NCBI GenBank assembly: GCA_051859245.1
Contig: JBHYGA010000001.1
Location: 1,277,722 to 1,341,721 of the forward strand
DNA: 64,000 bases
Direction of reading: 5' to 3'
Source of the DNA: Gemmatimonadaceae bacterium
GTDB lineage: Bacteria; Gemmatimonadota; Gemmatimonadetes; Gemmatimonadales; Gemmatimonadaceae
The notes under the pieces were generated by a model that saw nothing but the letters and a program-made list of their open reading frames with translations, made no database searches and had not been told where the DNA came from. The translations under genes and the position numbers were made by a program. This document shows positions 57,132-64,000 of the stretch, in pieces. The number at the start of each line of letters is the position of its first letter. Position 1 is the stretch's first letter.

Positions 57132-58739
57132 ATGATGCGTGCTGCGCGCCGTGGGTCAAGGCCACGCCGATCATTGCGTGCAGCCGTGGGCACGGTGATG
57201 GTCAGTATCGCGCTCGCGACCGTTGCCTGTGCCGACATCACGCGTGATCCAGCGGTGATCGTGCTGGCCTCGGGTTCCGATCTGGAGTCGGCCAACCCGG
57301 TGGTCACCGTGCATACCATGTCGCGGCAGATGCAGCGGCATATGTTGTTCATGCCACTCGTTCGCCTCGACTCGCTGCTGCAGCCGGAGCCCTGGCTGGC
57401 GCGCGCGTGGGTGTGGAATGAGGGGCGCACGGTGCTCACGTTCACACTGCGTTCCAATGTGACGTGGCATGATGGCGCGCGCACAACGTCTCGCGATGTG
57501 GTGGTCACGTTTGAGGCCGCGAAAGATCCCGCCACGGGTAGCCCACGCGCGGGCGACCTTGCTGCGGTGCGCACCATCAAAGCACTCGATGATTCCACCG
57601 TTCAGTTCGAGTTCGACGCGCCACAATCGGGCTTTCCACTGATCTTCGCGGAAATGCCGAGCGTACCCGCACATATTCTCGATTCGGTGCCGCGAGACCA
57701 GTGGCGTCGGCACGCTTTTTCTACGGCCCCGGTTGGAAACGGCCCATTTGTGTTTGTCTCTCGAACGGCCGGACAGCGTTGGCGGTTTGCGCGCAATGAG
57801 TCATTCCCGTTGGAGCTCGGCGGACCGCCACCGGCGCGCGAAGTCGTGATCGCCGTTGTTGATGAACCGGCCACCAAGTTCGCTGGGCTGGTCAGCGGCG
57901 AACTTGATGTGGCCGGCGTGTCGCCCGCGATGGCGTCATTGGTTGCGCGCGATCCGCTGCTGCAACTTGAGACACCGCCGGTGTTGTTCACGACGGTGCT
58001 CGCTTTCAATACCACGAAGCCGCCGTTCGACGACGCGCGTGTGCGGCGCGCAATTTCTGCGTCGATCAACCGCCAGCGAATCGTAGACGCAGCCGTGGCC
58101 GGATACGGCGTGCCAGCCACACACGCGGTGCCTCCCGGTGTGTTTCCGAATGAACCGCTCGGTCACTCCGAGCCTGCGACGGCCGCCGCGTCGCTACTCG
58201 ACAGCGCGCAGTGGCTGCTCGGTGCAGATGGTGTTCGTGTGCGTGAGGGCAAGCGATTGGAAGTGGAACTGATCACCGTTGGCAGCGGTGATCTTGCCGC
58301 CGAGCAGTTGTTGCAGGACGATCTGCGGCGCGTTGGCATCACGCTCACAATTCGAACCGTTGAACTGGCCGCGTTTCTGACGAGTTTGCGTGCCGAGGAA
58401 AAGGACTTTGATGTGGCGTACACTGGGTTGCCTGGCGATCTATCGCTGGGTCATCTCACATCGCTCTTTCACAGCGCCCAGCGCGGTGGAGCACTCGACT
58501 ACACGGGCTACCACACACGCGCGCTCGATTCGCTGCTTGATCACGCGCGTCGCGCACAAACACCCGCGGAACGGCAATCGGGATGGCAACAGGTGAGTGC
58601 ACATCTTGACTCCGCTGCGCCCGTCGCCTTTGTGTATCACGGACGTGGAGTGCAGGGGCGCGCGCGATCACTTGATGGCGTGGTCATGGATTTGCGCGGT
58701 GAACTCACCTCCATCGCGCGATGGCGGCGTCACGAGTGA
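57132..58739 (+). CDS. Family 5 ABC substrate-binding lipoprotein
   Basis: LATVAC lipobox, FTLR.NVTWHDG, PVGNGPF, PPFDDARVRRAI, GADGVR. Start uncertain (57129-57198). Confidence 0.9.
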   Translation: MMRAARRGSRPRRSLRAAVGTVMVSIALATVACADITRDPAVIVLASGSDLESANPVVTVHTMSRQMQRHMLFMPLVRLDSLLQPEPWLARAWVWNEGRTVLTFTLRSNVTWHDGARTTSRDVVVTFEAAKDPATGSPRAGDLAAVRTIKALDDSTVQFEFDAPQSGFPLIFAEMPSVPAHILDSVPRDQWRRHAFSTAPVGNGPFVFVSRTAGQRWRFARNESFPLELGGPPPAREVVIAVVDEPATKFAGLVSGELDVAGVSPAMASLVARDPLLQLETPPVLFTTVLAFNTTKPPFDDARVRRAISASINRQRIVDAAVAGYGVPATHAVPPGVFPNEPLGHSEPATAAASLLDSAQWLLGADGVRVREGKRLEVELITVGSGDLAAEQLLQDDLRRVGITLTIRTVELAAFLTSLRAEEKDFDVAYTGLPGDLSLGHLTSLFHSAQRGGALDYTGYHTRALDSLLDHARRAQTPAERQSGWQQVSAHLDSAAPVAFVYHGRGVQGRARSLDGVVMDLRGELTSIARWRRHE

Positions 58740-61528
58740 AGAGTGTAACGCGCAGTGACACGGAGTTGTTCGGCGTAGGCCTGTCCGCACGTTGGCAGGC
58801 GTGCGACGAAAGCCTGCGCACGCTCGCATTGGGGTTGGAACAGGAACTGTTGCCGCTGCTGAGTGGCCGCGAACTACCGATCCCCGCGCGCAAAGCGCGA
58901 CTCACCCGGATTGGCGGTCGATGCGCTGCCGACGGCACGCCACTCGCGTTTGACCCGTGGCGCCCGCACGACCATGTGTGTCCCACGTGCTCAGTGGTGC
59001 ACCGCGGTATTGAGCACGACGATTGGTGGGCGATGAGTGCACAGCTCTGGTGCGCTGAGCGCACGCTGCACGCAGCGCTGTTGGGGTGCATGTGGCAGCG
59101 TGACGATCTCATGCGCCTTGCCGCTGATCTGATGAACGCATTGAGTGCGCGATATCTCACGTTTCCCAACGAAGACAACGCGCTCGGGCCCACACGCCCG
59201 TTCTTCAGCACGTATCTCGAGAGTGTCTGGCTGCTGAACCTCACGCTCGCAGCGCAGGTGCTTCGGCACAGCGAGCATGCTCGCGCCGCGGTCGACACGT
59301 TGTGCGAACGGGTGGTTGAGCCGAGTCGAAGCTTGATCGCAAGCTTTCCTGAAGGCCGATCGAATCGGCAAACGTGGCACACATCGGCGCAGATTGCCGC
59401 CGCCCAGTTGCTTGGGGATTCGGCGGCACTTGCGCCGCTGATTGATGGAACAACAGGTGTGCACACGCTACTGCGCAACGGTCTGCTTGAGGATGGTTCG
59501 TGGTACGAAGGTGAGAACTACCACCTGTTCGCGCACCGCGGCCTCTGGTACGGTGTCACCATGCTCGAGTCTGCGGGCGTCGCGATTCCTGAATCACTCA
59601 ACGCACGATTCAACGCGGGCTTCGTGACACCGCTGCTCGGCATCCTTCCCGACGGCACGTTTCCCTCGCGACGTGACAGTCGGTACGGCGTGTCGGTGCA
59701 TCAATGGCGATTTGCCGAGTGGTGCGAGCTCGGACTGGCGCGTGCTGATCAACCCACGCTTCGCACGTGGTTGCATCGGTTGTACAACAGCGAGCACACA
59801 TCGCGATCCACTGATCGTGCCTGCTCCACAGCCGACATTGAACGCGACGCGCCGCCAAGCGCGTTGCATCGGCACGACCTGGGCTGGCGTACGCTGCTGT
59901 GCGCGCGTGCGGAGTCGTGGCCGGCCCCCGATGCGATCGCGGATCAAAGCGTCGTGCTCGAAGCGCAGGGACTGACGGTGATCCGCCGCGACACTGGCCG
60001 GATTTACGTGGCGCTTGAGGGCGGCAACACGGGCGGGGGACACGGGCATCCCGATCGGCTGGCCCTCACGATTCAGGATGGTCACGCGCGCGTGCTCGAA
60101 GATCCCGGTGCTGGTTCGTACGTTGAGCGTTCGCTGCACTGGTATCGAAGCACGCTCGCGCATAACGCGCCACTGGTGAACGGTCGCTCACAGGTTCCCG
60201 TCCCAACCACGCTGCGAGCGTTTGACGCGCGCGACGACCTTGCGTGGATGCAAGCCGAGGCCGAGGGAATCGCGGCGGACGTGCGCGTTGTACGCACCGT
60301 CATCGTCAGTGCCGTGCACATCGTGGAGCACGTCGAGTGGTGGTCGCCGCGTACTGTCACGCTCGATCTGCCGGTGCACTTTCGCGCCACGCTGAACGGC
60401 GCACGCGAGTGGCATGTTCGCGATGCAGGCGGTGCGGGAGGTCTGGAAGACGGATTCGATTTCCTGACGGAGGTACGCGCGTGTGACGTTGCTGCCCTCG
60501 ACCTGCTCGCCTTCGAGGGCACGCACGAGCGCAACGTGAAGTATTGGTGCGCGGCGAGCGCGAACGCGGAGCTCTTTCATGCCGTCGCTCCCGGCCCTCC
60601 ACGCACACCGGCGCGATCATTTCTTTGGGTTCGTCACGTTGCGTCGCACGGCTGGGTGGCCGGCGTCTGGTCTCTCCGCAACAGTGTCGCTCACGTGGCC
60701 ATCGAGCAGCCATTGCATGATGCACTCGAGATTTGCGTACGTGAGCGCACCGGTGCGACGCGGCGGTACCGCGCGCACTCGCCCACATGGCAGGTCACCG
60801 AACAGGATGAAGGTGGCGTGCGCGAGATCCCGCTGAAGGGACAACGTAGCGCCGCCGTGCATGAGCGGCCGGCCAAGCAACTCGACGCACGGCCGCATCA
60901 TGCGGTCGATTTGCGGCTCGCGCCCGCACGATTTGCACTGGGTGAAGCGCACTATCGAGGCAGCGAAACGGACTGGCGCGCCGCAGGCCAACCGTCGGCC
61001 GACGTTCGCGTGGCCGCTGACAACAGTGCATTGCACATCACCGTACGTGCGTTCACGGGAGAGGTTGTCGCACCCGCAGCCGGCGAGGAGAACGCGCTGG
61101 ACAACGAACGTGCCGACGTTAACGCCGACGGGGTGCAGTGCTATGTTGGGCCGGTAGACCGTGCCGAGTGGAGCGGTGCGTGGTTGCTGGTGCCCGATGT
61201 GCAGACCGGGGCCGTCCGTGTTACCTCGCTTGTGCCCGACAACCAGCCGGTCGTTGCACGATGGGCGCCCGCACCCGGTGGCTTCACGCTGGAGCTGACG
61301 GTGGCAAGACACGTGCTGCCCGAGAACCCGGCGAACGAACTGCGTTTCGACTTGCTGGTCAACGAACGACCGGCCCACCGCCAGCGTCGGCGCGGACAGC
61401 TGGTACTCTCCGGTTCCAACGGGGAGACCGTGTATCTTCGTGGAGACCGGCACGACCCGCTTCGCGCGTGGCGTATGATTTTGCCCTCGGTGCGCGCTTC
61501 TGACTCGACTTTGAATTCGCAGGCATGA
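58736..61528 (+). CDS. Heparinase II/III-like (oligo-alginate lyase-like) protein
   Basis: SNRQTWH, DGSWYEGENYH, GHGHPDRL, EDPG...Y, STLAHN..LVNG; C-terminal CBM9/DOMON-like region; GTGA overlap with the SBP stop; no signal peptide. Confidence 0.8.
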   Translation: MKSVTRSDTELFGVGLSARWQACDESLRTLALGLEQELLPLLSGRELPIPARKARLTRIGGRCAADGTPLAFDPWRPHDHVCPTCSVVHRGIEHDDWWAMSAQLWCAERTLHAALLGCMWQRDDLMRLAADLMNALSARYLTFPNEDNALGPTRPFFSTYLESVWLLNLTLAAQVLRHSEHARAAVDTLCERVVEPSRSLIASFPEGRSNRQTWHTSAQIAAAQLLGDSAALAPLIDGTTGVHTLLRNGLLEDGSWYEGENYHLFAHRGLWYGVTMLESAGVAIPESLNARFNAGFVTPLLGILPDGTFPSRRDSRYGVSVHQWRFAEWCELGLARADQPTLRTWLHRLYNSEHTSRSTDRACSTADIERDAPPSALHRHDLGWRTLLCARAESWPAPDAIADQSVVLEAQGLTVIRRDTGRIYVALEGGNTGGGHGHPDRLALTIQDGHARVLEDPGAGSYVERSLHWYRSTLAHNAPLVNGRSQVPVPTTLRAFDARDDLAWMQAEAEGIAADVRVVRTVIVSAVHIVEHVEWWSPRTVTLDLPVHFRATLNGAREWHVRDAGGAGGLEDGFDFLTEVRACDVAALDLLAFEGTHERNVKYWCAASANAELFHAVAPGPPRTPARSFLWVRHVASHGWVAGVWSLRNSVAHVAIEQPLHDALEICVRERTGATRRYRAHSPTWQVTEQDEGGVREIPLKGQRSAAVHERPAKQLDARPHHAVDLRLAPARFALGEAHYRGSETDWRAAGQPSADVRVAADNSALHITVRAFTGEVVAPAAGEENALDNERADVNADGVQCYVGPVDRAEWSGAWLLVPDVQTGAVRVTSLVPDNQPVVARWAPAPGGFTLELTVARHVLPENPANELRFDLLVNERPAHRQRRRGQLVLSGSNGETVYLRGDRHDPLRAWRMILPSVRASDSTLNSQA

Positions 61529-62328
61529 CTGAATCTTTGCTCGCCGCCGTCAAGGTGGTGCTCTTTGAACCACAGGACCCCATCAACATTGGCGCGGTCG
61601 TTCGCGCCATGAAGAACATGGGCGTGCATGATTTGCGCCTCGTGCGTCCCGTGAAGTACGACCTCACGCGCATTGAGCAGATCGCGCATGATACGCGCGA
61701 CGTGGTGGATCGGATCCGGCACTTTGATACGCTCGACGAGGCACTGGCCGATTGCGTCCGTGTTGCCGCGTTCACCGGCCGCCGCCGGGCCTCGCGCTGG
61801 GCCATGCATACGCCGCGCACCATGGCGGAGGATCTGCTAGGCGTCGTGGAAGATGGTCCGGTGGCGCTGCTCTTTGGCCGCGAAGATCACGGCCTGCCAG
61901 GGGACGCGGTGGATCGCGCGCACACGATCGTCACCATCCCAACCACGGCGCACTACTCGCTCAATCTTGCGCAAGCAGTGCTGATCGGGTTGTACGAGCT
62001 GCATCTCGCGGCCGGTGATGCAACACGCCGGCTGGCGCGACCACGCAAGGCCACACCGCCGCCAACCGCAGATGAAATCGAGCGCACGTTCACCGATGTG
62101 CACTCGGCGCTCAACTCCATTGCCTACTTCAAGACACGCAATCCGGAGTTGATCATGCGCAGCATTCGTTCGATTGTCTTTCGCTCCAATCCGGATTCGC
62201 GTGAGCTCACCATGCTGCGGACAGCCGCTATCGAAGTGCTGCGCACGCTTGAGCGCGAACGCAAAGGCTTGCTGCGCAGATTGGGGCTCACGGAAGCGGA
62301 TGTTCCGCCTGAGGTGCCGTCTGCGTGA
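61525..62328 (+). CDS. trmJ: TrmJ/LasT-family SPOUT RNA methyltransferase
   Basis: VLFEPQDPINIGAVVRAMKNMG, LFGREDHGL, SLNLAQAV; ATGA overlap. Confidence 0.85.
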   Translation: MTESLLAAVKVVLFEPQDPINIGAVVRAMKNMGVHDLRLVRPVKYDLTRIEQIAHDTRDVVDRIRHFDTLDEALADCVRVAAFTGRRRASRWAMHTPRTMAEDLLGVVEDGPVALLFGREDHGLPGDAVDRAHTIVTIPTTAHYSLNLAQAVLIGLYELHLAAGDATRRLARPRKATPPPTADEIERTFTDVHSALNSIAYFKTRNPELIMRSIRSIVFRSNPDSRELTMLRTAAIEVLRTLERERKGLLRRLGLTEADVPPEVPSA

Positions 62329-62340
62329 CCGCCATCGCGG

Positions 62341-63573
62341 GTGGGCCGCACGGTGACTGAACGTGTCGAGTCGTCGCTCAACCCGTGGGCGATGCGCGCG
62401 GCGCGTGTCGTACCGGGCGGTGCGTCAACCGGGAGCAAGCGCCCGGATGCGCTCTTCGGCGACGCCGTCACGGCGAGCACACCAACGCACATGCGCCGCG
62501 CGTACGGCTGTCGGTTGGAAACCGCGGACGGTCGTGAGCTGATCGACCTGACCATGGCCCTCGGTGCAGTCGCGCTTGGCTATGCGGATCCTGAGGTCAC
62601 CGCAGCGGTGCAGGAGGCGGCCGCCGCGGGGCCGGTTGGCGGACTGAGTCCACTGCTTGAAATCGAAGTGGCCGAGCGTTTGACGGAAGTCGTGCCGTGC
62701 GCCGAACAGGTGCGGTTTCTGAAAACGGGCGCTGAAGCCACGGCGGCGGCAGTTCGACTCGCGCGCGCACACACCGGTCGAGACGTGATCATCGCCAGCG
62801 GCTATTTCGGTTGGCACGACTGGAGCAATCCCGGACCAGGCGTACCAGCCAGCGCGTCTGTGAACGTGCACACGGTGCCTTTCAACGACATGCAGGCACT
62901 GCACGACGCCGTGCACGCTGCGGGCGATTCGCTCGCGGGCATCATCCTTGAGCCGCTGGTGCATGACGTGGCCTCGACGGAATGGCTGCGCGCTGCACGA
63001 ACACACTGCGATCAACGGGGGGCCGTGTTGATCTTTGACGAGATCAAGACCGCGTTTCGCATGCATCAGGGCGGAGTGCAGGCGATCTGTGGCGTGACCC
63101 CCGATCTGACAACGCTTGGGAAAGCACTGGCGAACGGCTACGCACTCTCGGCCGTCGTTGGAAGGTCCTCGGTGATGTCATCGGCCAGACGCGCCTGGAT
63201 TTCTTCCACCCTCGCTTCAGAGATGACCGCGCTTGCAGCAGCACGTGTTGTGCTGGACCGGCACGCGCGGGCCGACGTGTGTGGCGCGTTGGCTAAAGTG
63301 GGGAGCAGGGTGCAGCATGCGCTCACACGCGCGCTGGCTCCGCACGCACTCAACATTCGTGTGGAAGGCCCGGCGCAGATGTTGCGATTCGTGGCCGATG
63401 ACCAGGCAATGATTGACGCACTCGTCGTGGCCGCCGCCGGCGAAGGTGTGCTTCTCAAACGCGGCGCGTACCAATTTGCAGCGCTGGCGCACGATGACTC
63501 GGCACTCGCCAGTGTCGAGTCAGCGGTACACGCCGCGGCGTTGCGTGTGCGTGAGTTACACAGAACCGCATAA
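62341..63573 (+). CDS. Class III aminotransferase (GSA-aminomutase-like)
   Basis: DG.ELID, LGY, KTGAEA, GYFGWHD, LIFDEIKTAFR, PDLTTLGKALANG. Lacks the usual HemL N-terminal PGGVNSPVR, so probably not HemL. Confidence 0.88.
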   Translation: MGRTVTERVESSLNPWAMRAARVVPGGASTGSKRPDALFGDAVTASTPTHMRRAYGCRLETADGRELIDLTMALGAVALGYADPEVTAAVQEAAAAGPVGGLSPLLEIEVAERLTEVVPCAEQVRFLKTGAEATAAAVRLARAHTGRDVIIASGYFGWHDWSNPGPGVPASASVNVHTVPFNDMQALHDAVHAAGDSLAGIILEPLVHDVASTEWLRAARTHCDQRGAVLIFDEIKTAFRMHQGGVQAICGVTPDLTTLGKALANGYALSAVVGRSSVMSSARRAWISSTLASEMTALAAARVVLDRHARADVCGALAKVGSRVQHALTRALAPHALNIRVEGPAQMLRFVADDQAMIDALVVAAAGEGVLLKRGAYQFAALAHDDSALASVESAVHAAALRVRELHRTA

Positions 63574-63584
63574 AGGATTTTCGC

Positions 63585-64000
63585 ATGGTCAACCCGAGCT
63601 CGTCACAGATTGCCGCGGGCGAACAGGAACGCCTGGCCGGCGACGCCCCGCTGATAGATGTGCACGCGCACTTCCACACGCCGCACACCGGACGCAGCGA
63701 ATGGTCGGCGTACAATCACTCGCGATTGCAGGCCGGTGAGCGCATGGGCGTCAACGCACACATCGCGTCCGTGCTTGGTTCGTGGGGGCATACGTCACCC
63801 ACGTATTTCCCGTCGCCGGATGATCTCACGATCGCGAACCGCTGGATGCGTGAGTTCGCTCGCGCAGACGCGCACGCGCACGGGTACACGCGGGTCTTTT
63901 CATACGTCGCGGTCAACCCGAATTTCGCACCGCACGCGTTGCGCGAGATCAGCGTCGGCCTGGACGATGGCGCCGTCGGCATCAAGCTCGCCGCCAGTCG
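63585..64000 (+). CDS. Amidohydrolase_2 family protein, partial (runs off the window)
   Basis: AAGGA SD; LIDVHAHF, IAN.W, VAVNP, GAVGIKL; open to the window end. Confidence 0.8.
   Translation, partial: MVNPSSSQIAAGEQERLAGDAPLIDVHAHFHTPHTGRSEWSAYNHSRLQAGERMGVNAHIASVLGSWGHTSPTYFPSPDDLTIANRWMREFARADAHAHGYTRVFSYVAVNPNFAPHALREISVGLDDGAVGIKLAAS

Noticed and set aside
62341..63573. Calling the aminotransferase hemL
   Set aside because: Lacks HemL-specific N-terminal motifs and tetrapyrrole context; left as class III aminotransferase.

Overview
GC-rich, very densely coded bacterial chromosomal segment with about 45 genes. I found no rRNA, tRNA, CRISPR, IS or integrase. Gene content (two DUF5916/CBM9 outer-membrane proteins, TamAB, PEP-CTERM, many secreted peptidases, a SET-domain protein) suggests a Gemmatimonadota-like Gram-negative organism; this is inference only. 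Most genes are housekeeping or nutrient-scavenging (rsmC-like, rsuA-like, gluQ, deoC, speA, sodA, DedA, TBDR, M14/M20/M3/S9 peptidases). Most notable: (i) a ~4.9 kb sulfatase/amidohydrolase/SnoaL/LuxR block bounded by a perfect 36-bp direct repeat equal to the 3' end of the neighbouring gene, an att-like islet with no integrase; (ii) a GH38 - peptide-type ABC - heparinase II/III-like - TrmJ - class III aminotransferase - amidohydrolase cluster whose two permease genes lie antisense with no intergenic space, a possible non-contiguous operon; (iii) recurrent TANNNT-N6-8-start leaderless signatures, one opening a Cys-containing uORF coupled to tlpA; (iv) a deoC-ALDH16-type pair; (v) a sigma54 promoter for a PEP-CTERM gene and an 11-bp-periodic GTCAC array upstream of the TBDR. 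Starts were re-chosen by eye and are uncertain where noted; product calls rest on motif recognition, not database searches.
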